Below are positions 38,200 to 47,784 of a stretch of DNA of 64,000 nucleotides, one piece after another; the first letter of the stretch is position 1; each line of letters begins with the position of its first letter. A program made the translations under genes and the position numbers. Source of the DNA: Dehalococcoidia bacterium (lineage in GTDB: Bacteria > Chloroflexota > Dehalococcoidia > Lucifugimonadales > Lucifugimonadaceae); assembly GCA_002708085.1 (NCBI GenBank), contig PAOU01000011.1, forward strand, positions 55,556 through 119,555. The letters run 5' to 3'. Below the pieces are notes generated by a model. The model was not told the origin of the DNA and did not search any database. It worked only from the letters and a program-made list of their open reading frames with translations.

Positions 38200-39258
38200 T
38201 CAATTTTTCTGATTTTCTATTAAGGAATTTGCTTCTAATAATAATTCTTCTGTTTCTTTCCAATTTATACATGGATCAGTAATGGAAACCCCATATTGAA
38301 GTTCAGATAGGTTATCAGTTAAACTTTGATTTCCTTCATTAATATGACTTTCTAACATTATTCCTACTATTTCAGAGTTTTTGTTAATTACTCTTTGTTT
38401 TAGAACTTCTTTGAAGGCTATTCTTTGTTTTTTATGATCTTTAAAACAATTCGCATGAGAACAATCTACTAATATTGATGGAGTTAAATTAATGTTTTTT
38501 ATTAGAGTCATAGCTTCATTAATAGACTTTGCATCATAATTAGTACCGTTAGAACTACCTCTTAGAATAACATGACTAGACTTGTTTCCTTTAGTATTTA
38601 ATATACAAGCTTTTCCATTTGAATCTATTCCGAGGAAAGAATGTGAAGATTGAGAAGCGTACATTGCATCTACAGCTATTTGTATACTACCGCCTGTACC
38701 ATTTTTGAATCCTATTGGCATACTCAATCCACTAGCCATTTCTCTATGAGTTTGACTCTCAGTAGTTCTAGCACCAATAGCTCCCCAAGATATCAAATCA
38801 GCTAAATATTGAGGAGTAAAAGGATCTAAAAATTCAGTGCCTGCAGGTATTCCCAATTTTAGAATATCCAATAAAAATTTCCTTGCCTTTCTTAAACCTT
38901 TTGACATATCAAATGTTCCATTTAAATCAGGATCATTGATTAACCCTTTCCATCCAACTGTGGTTCTAGGTTTTTCAAAATATGTTCTCATTACTAGATA
39001 AATATTTTTATCTATTTGGTTTTTAATACCTACCAATTTTTCAGCATATTCTATTCCAGACTTTTCATCATGAATAGAGCATGGACCTGTAATGATCAAA
39101 AGCCTTTTGTCTTTTCCAGAGATGATATTTTTTATAATTTCTCTTGACTCTGTTACATTTTCAGAGACTTGAGAAGTAATAGGAAGCTCTTCCAAGAATT
39201 CTTTTGGAGGTTCTAAGTTTTTATAGTTTTTTATATTAATATCGTACGTTTTATCCAT
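38200..39258 (-). CDS. aroG: 3-deoxy-7-phosphoheptulonate (DAHP) synthase, class I (AroF/G/H type; isozyme not resolvable)
   Basis: 352 aa. KDKRLLIITGPCSIHD, RTYFEKPRTTVGWKGLINDP, GARTTESQTHREMASG motifs. Confidence 0.85.
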   Translation of the reverse strand: MDKTYDINIKNYKNLEPPKEFLEELPITSQVSENVTESREIIKNIISGKDKRLLIITGPCSIHDEKSGIEYAEKLVGIKNQIDKNIYLVMRTYFEKPRTTVGWKGLINDPDLNGTFDMSKGLRKARKFLLDILKLGIPAGTEFLDPFTPQYLADLISWGAIGARTTESQTHREMASGLSMPIGFKNGTGGSIQIAVDAMYASQSSHSFLGIDSNGKACILNTKGNKSSHVILRGSSNGTNYDAKSINEAMTLIKNINLTPSILVDCSHANCFKDHKKQRIAFKEVLKQRVINKNSEIVGIMLESHINEGNQSLTDNLSELQYGVSITDPCINWKETEELLLEANSLIENQKN

Positions 39259-39324
39259 AGTGTTACTAATTTATATCCGAATTAATTATTTGGCAAAAGT
39301 ATTTGAAGCAATGAAGAGTTGATT

Positions 39325-39726
39325 TTATGTAGCATCAAATTCGCTTTCACTTTTTCTTAAATTTATTGCTTTTCTTAAATATGGATGCTTTATTTTATTT
39401 TGAGATTTTTCAGTATTCCAAAGTATCAAAATTCTAATACATCTTTTTAGGCCACTTGGTACTTCCATTTCGTGGCTACACAGCAAAGGTACAGTTTTCC
39501 AACCCATTTCTCTTGCTGCAACAGCAGGAAATTCATCAAATAAATCTTTAGTTGTAGTAAAAAATGTCGCCGCAATGTCATCAGTATTTATTTTATTAAC
39601 TTTTAACATTTCAATTAACAATTCTTTAGTAGCATCTTTGATGCTTAAAGAATTGTTTTCTTCTACTGTGGTTGCTCCTCTAACTCCTCTCAGAGTTGTT
39701 GCTTTTAATTCATTGTTATTAGACAT
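39325..39726 (-). CDS. aroH: Chorismate mutase, AroH (B. subtilis) class
   Basis: LRGVRGATTVEENN... and LKRCIRILILW match the monofunctional AroH fold family. Confidence 0.8.
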   Translation of the reverse strand: MSNNNELKATTLRGVRGATTVEENNSLSIKDATKELLIEMLKVNKINTDDIAATFFTTTKDLFDEFPAVAAREMGWKTVPLLCSHEMEVPSGLKRCIRILILWNTEKSQNKIKHPYLRKAINLRKSESEFDAT

Positions 39727-39740
39727 TTTTTAACTTGTTA

Positions 39741-40538
39741 TTATTTGAAGGTTTCTTTGTATAGATTAGATATAAATTTTTTTGCTGTGGTTCCAGGATT
39801 ACTTTTTGCTTTTTCTAATTCATCTATTAATGCACTTCCAACGATTACGGCATCGGCATATTCTTTAATATTCTTTACATGAGAAGGTTTTGATATTCCA
39901 AATCCTACTCCTACAGGAATATTAGTGAATTTTTTAACTGTTTTAACTTTTTCTTTTACAGTTAAAGAAATAGATGATCGTGACCCTGTAACACCTAGTA
40001 TACTTATGCAGTATATAAATCCTTGAGCATATTTGCATCCTAATTCAATCCTTTCTTCTGAGCTGTTTAAAGAAATTAGAGGAATAGTGTCTAAAGAGTT
40101 TTCTGCTGTAGAAATTTGAATTTGCTTAAGTTCTTCATTAGGCATATCAGCAATTATTAAACCATTTGCTCCTGCATTGGTCGCTAATTTTGCAAAATTA
40201 GATAATCCTATATTTAGTATTGGGTTAATATAACCCATCATAATAATAGGTATATTGATTCCAGAGGATCTAATTTTTTCAACTATATCTAAAGATTTTC
40301 TTATATTCATTCCATTTTCTATAGCCATATGACTACTTTTTTGAATTGTAGGCCCTTCTGCAATGGGATCACTAAATGGCATCCCTATTTCTATTACGTC
40401 TGAACCTCCGTCTACTAAACCCTTAGCTACGTTTATACAACCTTCTACAGAGGGATAGCCTGCAGTAATGAATGGAATTAAGGCTATTCTACCCTTTATA
40501 TTTTGTTCTTTTATAATATTTGTAATTCTACTATTCAT
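39741..40538 (-). CDS. trpA: Tryptophan synthase alpha chain
   Basis: LIPFITAGYPS, IEIGMPFSDPIAEGPTIQ, VGFGIS motifs. No trpB in the window. Confidence 0.9.
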   Translation of the reverse strand: MNSRITNIIKEQNIKGRIALIPFITAGYPSVEGCINVAKGLVDGGSDVIEIGMPFSDPIAEGPTIQKSSHMAIENGMNIRKSLDIVEKIRSSGINIPIIMMGYINPILNIGLSNFAKLATNAGANGLIIADMPNEELKQIQISTAENSLDTIPLISLNSSEERIELGCKYAQGFIYCISILGVTGSRSSISLTVKEKVKTVKKFTNIPVGVGFGISKPSHVKNIKEYADAVIVGSALIDELEKAKSNPGTTAKKFISNLYKETFK

Positions 40539-40549
40539 ATTTTCTTCCT

Positions 40550-41260
40550 CTAGATATTTGAGATACTTAGTATAATTGCAAGACTATTTTGAATTATATG
40601 TATTCCTATACATGGGAGTAAAGAGTCTGTCTTGATTTTTACCCATCCTATAGATAAACCTAAAATTAAAACAGGTATTATTGCTCCTAAATCTATATGA
40701 AATAATGCAAAAATTATACTTGTTATTAATATAGATTTTCTAGGACCATACTTTGATGAAATTTTTTTTAACAGGAATCCTCTAAATAATATTTCTTCAC
40801 ATATTGGAGCTATGAACATAGCAATTAAACAAAAAACTATAAATGAATTACTTGGAAACTTTGGAATAGCTTCTTCCAATATAGGTGGGTTAAATAGACT
40901 TATAGAAAAATAATTAATTAAGTAAATCCAAATTCCAACGAATAACAATCCTATTATCCAAGCATATGTAGCTAGTATATATGGTGAAATTTGTTGAATA
41001 ATAATTGATTTCACTTTTAGGTTTTTAGATGGATAAATGAAACCAAGTGATTTTAATGTGAGTTTTAAGTTCATTTTATATTTCCAGAAACTTAAGTAAA
41101 ATATTGGAAGAATTGTTGCTGGATAGAAGAAAAATGATAATACTAAGATATTTGTAAAATTTGCTAAAAACAGACTAATAAAAGTTACAATTATTAGTAT
41201 TAATAAAATAAGAAACTCATCATTTAATTTCCAGATAATAGATCTATTTTCTGGGTTCAT
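40550..41260 (-). CDS. CPBP-family intramembrane glutamic endopeptidase (CAAX protease-like)
   Basis: Multi-TM. Motifs EEILFRGFLL, FALFH, HIIQNS. Confidence 0.75.
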   Translation of the reverse strand: MNPENRSIIWKLNDEFLILLILIIVTFISLFLANFTNILVLSFFFYPATILPIFYLSFWKYKMNLKLTLKSLGFIYPSKNLKVKSIIIQQISPYILATYAWIIGLLFVGIWIYLINYFSISLFNPPILEEAIPKFPSNSFIVFCLIAMFIAPICEEILFRGFLLKKISSKYGPRKSILITSIIFALFHIDLGAIIPVLILGLSIGWVKIKTDSLLPCIGIHIIQNSLAIILSISNI

Positions 41261-41271
41261 TTTTAAGAATG

Positions 41272-43182
41272 TTAACTTACTTGAGGTTCTGGTTTAGTAT
41301 TAGGCAATTGATCTTTGTCGAATGTTTCCTCAGGGACTTTCGTAGATTTAGAATTTTTCTTTTTTATTGTTTCCCCTTTTAATAATTTCACCATTTCTTC
41401 TCCATCAATGGTTTCATTTTCAAGAAGGAAATTTGCTAATAATTCTAATTCATTTTTATGTTTTAGGAGTATAGATTCAGCACTTTGTTTCCCTTTTTCA
41501 AGCAATTTATCAATTTCTTTATCTATAATTTCTTGTGTTTTGGAACTATAATCTCTTTGTTCATTAACTTCTTTTCCTAGGAAAACAGCTTCTTGGGTTT
41601 TCCCAAATGTTCTTAATCCTAATTTTTCACTCATTCCATACTTTGTTACCATTTGATTTGCCACTCTAGTAGCTGTTTCTATATCATTGCTAGCTCCAGT
41701 TGTAATTGCCCCAAATTGGATTTTTTCGGCAACTCTTCCACCCATTGCTGTCGCAATCATTGCTTCAAATTGATCCGCTGTTTGTAGATACCTATCTTCA
41801 TCTGGTAAATATCTGGTATATCCTCCCATTTGACCTCTAGAAATTATTGATACCTTGTGAACAGGATCTGCTGATGGAATATAGTTGGCAACTAAGGCAT
41901 GTCCAGCTTCATGAAATGCGGTCAAAGTACGTTCTTTTTCAGTAATTATTCTACTATTTCTTGCAGGGCCTGCAATTACTCTGTCAATTGATTCTAAAAA
42001 TGTGCTTATATTAATCTTCTTTAGTTTTCTTCTTGCTGAAAGTATCGCTGCTTCATTGACTAAATTGGCAAGATCTGCACCACTAAAACCAGGGGTTTGT
42101 TTAGCTATTGATTCTAATTTTACATTTTTTTCTAATGGTTTGCCTTGAGAATGAACTTCTAGTATAGCTGATCTTCCTTTTATATCTGGATTATCTAGAA
42201 TTACTCTTCTATCAAATCTTCCAGGTCGTAATAAGGCAGGATCTAATATATCTGGTCTATTTGTTGCGGCAACTACTATAACATTTGTGGAAGTGTCAAA
42301 TCCATCCATTTCTACAAGTATTTGGTTTAAGGTCTGTTCTCTTTCATCATGTCCTCCTCCTAAACCAGCGCCTCTGTGTCTTCCAACAGCATCTATTTCA
42401 TCTACAAATATAATGCAAGGAGAATGTTTTTTAGCTTTATCAAATAAGTCTCTTACTCTTGATGCCCCAACTCCTACGAACATTTCAACAAATTCTGAGC
42501 CACTTATTGAGAAAAAAGGTACTTCAGCTTCACCAGCTACTGCTCTTGCCATTAAAGTTTTTCCAGTACCAGGAGGTCCAACTAATAAAACACCTCTAGG
42601 AATTCTAGCTCCAAGAGCTAAAAATCTTTCAGGAGATTTCAAAAAATCTACAACTTCCTGTAATTCTTCTTTTGCTTCTTCTACTCCTGCAACATCATCA
42701 AAAGTTACTGTTGCTTTTGCACCAGTAAACATTCTAGCTTTGCTCCTACCAAATCCCAAAGCATTGTTAGCTCCTCCTTGAGCTTGCCTCATCATAAAAA
42801 TTAAAATTCCAGCGAATAATAATAAAGGAAGGAAACTTAAAGCGATTGATAAGAAGTTACTGAAGCCTCCAGCTCCTTTTACATCAACTTCAACATTTGC
42901 AGGATCTACTTTAGCAGTATTGAGTATTTCATAAACACTAGAACCATTTTCTTTTCTAGACTTGTATAATTTTCCATTACTTTCAATTTTTAATGTGTCT
43001 CCTCTAACCTGTATGAAAATTTTTTGTCCTAGAGGGGGGTTATTGGATAATTCTATTACTTGAGATATAGAAATTTCTTCAGTAGATTGGAATGAGTCAT
43101 CAAAAAATATGAAAAAAGCAGCCAAAACTGAAGCTACTATTAAAGTATATATAAAAAGATTTTTCTTAAAAATGTTATTCAT
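41272..43182 (-). CDS. ftsH: ATP-dependent zinc metalloprotease FtsH
   Basis: 636 aa. Walker A GPPGTGKT, Walker B IIFVDEIDA, SRH region, zinc motif HEAGHAL. Confidence 0.95.
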   Translation of the reverse strand: MNNIFKKNLFIYTLIVASVLAAFFIFFDDSFQSTEEISISQVIELSNNPPLGQKIFIQVRGDTLKIESNGKLYKSRKENGSSVYEILNTAKVDPANVEVDVKGAGGFSNFLSIALSFLPLLLFAGILIFMMRQAQGGANNALGFGRSKARMFTGAKATVTFDDVAGVEEAKEELQEVVDFLKSPERFLALGARIPRGVLLVGPPGTGKTLMARAVAGEAEVPFFSISGSEFVEMFVGVGASRVRDLFDKAKKHSPCIIFVDEIDAVGRHRGAGLGGGHDEREQTLNQILVEMDGFDTSTNVIVVAATNRPDILDPALLRPGRFDRRVILDNPDIKGRSAILEVHSQGKPLEKNVKLESIAKQTPGFSGADLANLVNEAAILSARRKLKKINISTFLESIDRVIAGPARNSRIITEKERTLTAFHEAGHALVANYIPSADPVHKVSIISRGQMGGYTRYLPDEDRYLQTADQFEAMIATAMGGRVAEKIQFGAITTGASNDIETATRVANQMVTKYGMSEKLGLRTFGKTQEAVFLGKEVNEQRDYSSKTQEIIDKEIDKLLEKGKQSAESILLKHKNELELLANFLLENETIDGEEMVKLLKGETIKKKNSKSTKVPEETFDKDQLPNTKPEPQVS

Positions 43183-43302
43183 AGATTAAGCGTCAAAAAA
43201 CTTTAATGTTTAATATTCAATATAGTTTTCGATATATGATATCATTCTATCCTAGCATATTCTAATTTTAAAAATGAAAAATATTTGTTAATTAGAATAT
43301 AA

Positions 43303-43331
43303 TTGAGAAAATAATATATTAATGCTAGAAT
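43303..43331 (+). promoter_or_regulatory. Candidate promoter of the infC-rpmI-rplT operon
   Basis: TTGAGA (43303-43308), 17-nt spacer, extended -10 TG-c-TAGAAT (TG 43323-43324, box 43326-43331). Pattern match only. Confidence 0.4.
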
Positions 43332-43386
43332 TTCACGATTTGTGGGAGGAAATAATAATAGTTTTGTTAAGGTTGGTTAAGTAAGT

Positions 43387-43947
43387 TTGCAGAGATCTAC
43401 TAATTACAGACCGAAAAAAGAAAATTTAAAAAAATATAGAGTAAATAGAGAGATAAGATCTAATTCTGTAAGAGTAATAATAGGTCGTAAAGATTCTGAT
43501 TCTCAGTTGCTTGATGTTCGAGATGCTATTAAATTGGCAGAAGAACAAGGGCTTGATCTGGTTGAAGTGGCTCCTAATCATAATCCTCCAGTGTGCAGAA
43601 TATTAGATTATGGAAAATTTAAATTTATTCAATCTAAAAAAGCTAAAGAAGCGAAAAAATCTCAATCTAAAATTTTAATGAAGGATGTAAGATTGAGAAT
43701 GAGAATAGGTGATCATGATATGAAAGCAAAACAGAAAAGAATTAGATTTTTCATTACTTCTGGTTTTAAAGTGAGAATAGCAGTTTTTTTTAGAGGAAGA
43801 GAGATGGCTTATCCAGATTTAGCAGTGAATTTATTGAAAAAAGTAGCAGAAGAATTACAAGATATATCTATAATTGATAAAGCACCATCTATTGAAGGTA
43901 GGTCATTATCTATAGTATTAGCCCCAATGGGGAAGGTGAAAGGTTAA
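43387..43947 (+). CDS. infC: Translation initiation factor IF-3
   Basis: RVNREIRSNSVRVI..., PPVCRILDYGKFKF, C-domain KDVRLRMRIGDHDM. TTG start. The frame is closed 2 codons upstream by TAA 43378-43380. Confidence 0.9.
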   Translation: MQRSTNYRPKKENLKKYRVNREIRSNSVRVIIGRKDSDSQLLDVRDAIKLAEEQGLDLVEVAPNHNPPVCRILDYGKFKFIQSKKAKEAKKSQSKILMKDVRLRMRIGDHDMKAKQKRIRFFITSGFKVRIAVFFRGREMAYPDLAVNLLKKVAEELQDISIIDKAPSIEGRSLSIVLAPMGKVKG

Positions 43948-43948
43948 A

Positions 43949-44137
43949 ATGCCAAAAATGAAAACACATAGTGGAGCAAAAAAGAGATTTCATAAAAGCT
44001 CTACAGGAAAATTATTAAGAACTAAAGGAATGAAAAGTCATTTAAGAAGAAAAAAATCAAAAAGAATCAAAAGATTATTTGCTTCTAAAATAGGCATATC
44101 AGATGCTATTGGTAAAAAAATTAAACGATTAATTTAG
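43949..44137 (+). CDS. rpmI: 50S ribosomal protein L35
   Basis: MPKMKTHSGAKKRF... 62 aa basic protein. Confidence 0.9.
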   Translation: MPKMKTHSGAKKRFHKSSTGKLLRTKGMKSHLRRKKSKRIKRLFASKIGISDAIGKKIKRLI

Positions 44138-44146
44138 GAGTTTTGT

Positions 44147-44503
44147 TTGACTAGAGTTAAAGGTGGAAACACTAATAGAAAAAGACATAAAAAAGTACTC
44201 AATCAAGTTAAAGGTCATCGTGGTTCTAGAAATAGGAGATTTCGAGTTGCAAGGGAATCATTAATACATGCCCTTTCTTACAGTACAATTCATAGAAAAA
44301 ATAAAAAAAGAGAACAGAGATCATTAGCAATATTAAGGATTAATGCTGCTGCTAGATTAAATGGTATTACTTATGGAAAATTGATCCATGGTTTGAAGTT
44401 ATCTGATGTGACATTAGATAGAAAATCTTTAGCTAACATAGCTGTTAATGATCCAAATGCTTTTAAAGAAATTGTTGATTTTGCTAAGTCTTCATTATCT
44501 TGA
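44147..44503 (+). CDS. rplT: 50S ribosomal protein L20
   Basis: TRVKGGNTNRKRHKKVL..., RINAAARLNGITYGKLIHGL. TTG start with AGGAG 6 nt upstream. Confidence 0.9.
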   Translation: MTRVKGGNTNRKRHKKVLNQVKGHRGSRNRRFRVARESLIHALSYSTIHRKNKKREQRSLAILRINAAARLNGITYGKLIHGLKLSDVTLDRKSLANIAVNDPNAFKEIVDFAKSSLS

Positions 44504-44520
44504 ATTAATTAAGATTTATG

Positions 44521-45408
44521 TCATCCAATTAAATTAGAACTATCGATAATTATTATAAAGCATAGAAGAAATAAATAGAGCAAAGAAAATTTATATAGTC
44601 CGAGATTTCTTTTAGTTGAATAATTTCTCATTAATCTTATTGTAAGATTAATGTATAGAATTCCTAGTATTATAGCCCCAGAGAAGTATATCAGTCCTAA
44701 GTTTGAACTAACAACGGTTAATATTAAAGTTATAGATATAAGTATTATAGTATGAGTGAGTATCATTATTTGGGTTTTTCGGAAACCTACTATTGTTGGA
44801 AGCATAGGGATATTTGCTTCTTTATAATCTTCGTTCATTAACATAGCAAAAGCCCAAAAATGTGGTGGTGTCCAGAAAAAAATAATTGCAAAAAGATACC
44901 AAGCAGGAAGTGCCAGTGTTCCTGTTACTGCTGCCCAACCTACTAAAGGAGGAAAACAACCTGCAATTCCTCCGATAACAATATTATGAGATGTTGTTTT
45001 TTTTAACCATAATGAATAAACGAAAACATAAAAGACATTTCCTAAAATTGCCAATATGGCTGTTAGAAAATTAGAACCAAAATAAAGTACAATAAAACTA
45101 AGTAAAGTAAGAATAATTCCAAAAGAAAGAGCTTTTTTCGGTGATACTCTGCTACTGGCTACTGGTCTATTGCTGGTTCTTTTCATCATTTGATCTACAT
45201 CTTTATCAATGAAATGATTTATTGCACCTGCTCCCCCAGAAGCTAATGTGCCACCTAAAATAACTATTAACATTAAAATTATAGAAGGAGCACTTCCATT
45301 GCCTAGAAACATTCCTGAAATAGCTGTAACTACTAGTAACAATATTACTTTAGGTTTTGTTAAGGCAATATAATCTTTTGATATTTTTATGAAATTTTCT
45401 TTAGTCAA
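44521..45408 (-). CDS. ctaB: Protoheme IX farnesyltransferase (heme O synthase)
   Basis: UbiA-family multi-TM protein. NHFIDKDVDQMMKRTSNRP motif. TTG start. Confidence 0.85.
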   Translation of the reverse strand: MTKENFIKISKDYIALTKPKVILLLVVTAISGMFLGNGSAPSIILMLIVILGGTLASGGAGAINHFIDKDVDQMMKRTSNRPVASSRVSPKKALSFGIILTLLSFIVLYFGSNFLTAILAILGNVFYVFVYSLWLKKTTSHNIVIGGIAGCFPPLVGWAAVTGTLALPAWYLFAIIFFWTPPHFWAFAMLMNEDYKEANIPMLPTIVGFRKTQIMILTHTIILISITLILTVVSSNLGLIYFSGAIILGILYINLTIRLMRNYSTKRNLGLYKFSLLYLFLLCFIIIIDSSNLIG

Positions 45409-45422
45409 TGTTTAAAATATTT

Positions 45423-46358
45423 TTATTTAGTTTTTGTTTCTATTTCTGATATTAGAGTAAAGCTGAGTATGATTATAAATAATGTCCATAATAATGAAGC
45501 CATTCCTAAATGAGAAACTCTAGCCCAAATTTCAAAATTTGTCCACGGATTACTAGCTCCTAAAAGTATTTGACTAAAAATAATTAAAATTGAGATTGAA
45601 GAAAGAGTTTTTATTACAATGTTTCCTAAATTTCGTAATATATAAACACAAGTCCAAAAACTAAAAATTGTTGTTATCAAAGATAATATTCTGTGTGTCA
45701 TATGAATTAATTCCAATTGATTATTGGGTAATATAGATGAGCTTGAGCATAGAGGCCATGAGCTACAAATTGTACCTGCTCCTTTCCATACAGCATAAGA
45801 CCCCGATAATAATGTAATAATTATTCCTAATGATGAAATTATCAAAAATATGGAATGTTTACTGGTTAAGGATTTTTTAATAATAGTTATAGATATTGAT
45901 TGTGAGTTAACTATTACTAGAGAAATTCCTAAAAATAAAATTACTAATTGAGCAAAAAATAAGTGTATAGTTCTTAACATTGGATTCAGTTCTGATAGAA
46001 CGACTAATCCTCCAATCATTCCTACTACAATAACTGTAATCAGAGTAGTTGTAATTGTAATAATTAAAAAATAGTTGTTTCTATTTTTTATCCATATAAA
46101 AAATGTTGAAATTAAAATTAATGTTCCTAAAATGACACCACTTGTTCGATGTCCCCACTCAATTAAAGTTTCATAACTCATAGGAGGGATTATTTCACCA
46201 TAACATAGAGGCCAGTCTGGGCAACCCAGGCCAGAACCTGATACTCTAACAAATCCTCCTAGAGAGATTTGAAATAAACAAAATACTATACTAGTAAGAA
46301 GTAAGAAACTTAGTATAGGATTTCTAAATAAAGCTATTTTGTTAGTAGATTTTTTCAC
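45423..46358 (-). CDS. ctaA: Heme A synthase (COX15/CtaA family)
   Basis: GGFVRVSGSGLGCPDWPLCYG N-terminal motif, 8 TM, conserved His in TM segments. Confidence 0.8.
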   Translation of the reverse strand: MKKSTNKIALFRNPILSFLLLTSIVFCLFQISLGGFVRVSGSGLGCPDWPLCYGEIIPPMSYETLIEWGHRTSGVILGTLILISTFFIWIKNRNNYFLIITITTTLITVIVVGMIGGLVVLSELNPMLRTIHLFFAQLVILFLGISLVIVNSQSISITIIKKSLTSKHSIFLIISSLGIIITLLSGSYAVWKGAGTICSSWPLCSSSSILPNNQLELIHMTHRILSLITTIFSFWTCVYILRNLGNIVIKTLSSISILIIFSQILLGASNPWTNFEIWARVSHLGMASLLWTLFIIILSFTLISEIETKTK

Positions 46359-46429
46359 ATTAAAATGAAATTATTTATTGTTATACAATTATAATAATTT
46401 TTTTATTGTAATAAATTAGAAATTGTGAA

Positions 46430-46669
46430 TTAATTATTAAATTCTTTTCTTCTTTGTTCTCTTAAATGTCCTTCTAATATAGGCTCATTAATGTGAACTT
46501 CACCATTTCTAATTTTTAAGTTAAAGCCACATTCTGGACTAGTGCAAACCCAAGCTTTATAGTGTATTGCTGCTCCTTGTCCTCCGAAATCAGATAAAGG
46601 AACTAATTCTCCTTTAGAACAAGAATTGCATTTTGGAAAAGTTTCAGACATCTCCATCCCCTCAATCAT
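46430..46669 (-). CDS. Small zinc-ribbon protein, function unknown
   Basis: 79 aa. CNSC...(26 aa)...CTSPEC four-Cys ribbon. 71 nt upstream of ctaA on the same strand. Confidence 0.5.
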   Translation of the reverse strand: MIEGMEMSETFPKCNSCSKGELVPLSDFGGQGAAIHYKAWVCTSPECGFNLKIRNGEVHINEPILEGHLREQRRKEFNN

Positions 46670-46759
46670 ATATTTATGATTTACTATTCTACTATTGTAG
46701 TATTTATTTATAATAAGGGAATCTATTTTTTTGTAAAGAGGGTTTTGTATTAATAAATC

Positions 46760-47779
46760 ATGATAATTTTAGGAATTGAAACATCCTGTGATGAAACTGC
46801 AGTAGGTATAGTTGCTGATGGAACTTCTCTTATTTCAAATGTTATTGAGAAACAGACTGAAATTCATAGTGAATATGGAGGAATTATTCCAGAATTGGCT
46901 TCTAGGCAGCATATGAAGAATATTTCTAATGCTGTAAAAAAAGCATTGATTGATTCTAAATTAGATTGGGGAGATATAGATATGTTAGGTGTTACTGATG
47001 GTCCTGGTTTAGCTGGTTCTTTAATCGTGGGTGTAAATTTTGCTAATGGCTTGTCTTCCAGTTTAGGAATACCTTTAGTTGGAATAAATCATTTAGAAGG
47101 GCATGTTTTTGCTTCTTGGATTGACAATGAGAATATAAATGAGATTAGCTTTCCACTAATGTGTTTAATTGTATCAGGTGGACATACAGATTTAGTAAAA
47201 ATGAATAACTATAATAATTATGAATTATTAGGAAGAACTAGAGATGATGCGGCAGGAGAAGCATTTGATAAAGCTGCTAGAGTATTAGGTTTAGGTTTTC
47301 CAGGTGGACCTGAAATAGAGAAAGCTGCAACTAAATCTAGAGAGGAATTTTTATTTCCAAAAGCTTATATGAAAGGAACTGATGATTTTAGTTTTAGTGG
47401 TATGAAAACTGCATTGAAAAACCTTGCTGATAAAGAAATGAAAAATTTGTCTAATGATTTTAAAATTGATGATTATGAATTTACTGTTAGTAAAATTGCT
47501 AATTCTTTTCAGAATTCTATGGTTGAAGTATTAGCTAAGAAAACAATAGATATTTCAATTAGAGAAAATTGTAAAGGGATAATATTAAGTGGGGGGGTAG
47601 CTGCTAATACAAAATTAAGAGACGTTTTAAAAGATTCTTCGCCTTTGCCAGTTTTTATTCCTCCAAAAATTTTATGTACAGATAATGGAGCTATGATTGC
47701 GTCTTGTACATTTTTTAAAATTAGGGATAAGGTTTCTAAATCATTATTTCTAGAGCCAGTACCTAGTAAATCTTGGTAA
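46760..47779 (+). CDS. tsaD: tRNA N6-adenosine threonylcarbamoyltransferase
   Basis: ILGIETSCDETAVGIV, INHLEGHV, SGGVAAN motifs. Confidence 0.9.
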   Translation: MIILGIETSCDETAVGIVADGTSLISNVIEKQTEIHSEYGGIIPELASRQHMKNISNAVKKALIDSKLDWGDIDMLGVTDGPGLAGSLIVGVNFANGLSSSLGIPLVGINHLEGHVFASWIDNENINEISFPLMCLIVSGGHTDLVKMNNYNNYELLGRTRDDAAGEAFDKAARVLGLGFPGGPEIEKAATKSREEFLFPKAYMKGTDDFSFSGMKTALKNLADKEMKNLSNDFKIDDYEFTVSKIANSFQNSMVEVLAKKTIDISIRENCKGIILSGGVAANTKLRDVLKDSSPLPVFIPPKILCTDNGAMIASCTFFKIRDKVSKSLFLEPVPSKSW

Positions 47780-47784
47780 ATTTT

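Noticed and set aside
42287-42781. 164-aa ORF antisense to ftsH. Similar antisense ORFs: 6840-7211 (in rsmI), 13533-13838 and 12435-12771 (in rel), 25039-25422 (in polA), 32736-33071 (in ligA), 52978-53322 (in accDA), 56949-57279 (in udg), 57388-57633 (in acpP/nusB), 58421-58849 (in fabD).
   Set aside because: All lie fully inside well-supported genes on the opposite strand. Their products are low-complexity (Ser/Ile/Phe/Leu-rich) with no recognisable motifs. They are shadow frames of conserved coding sequence.
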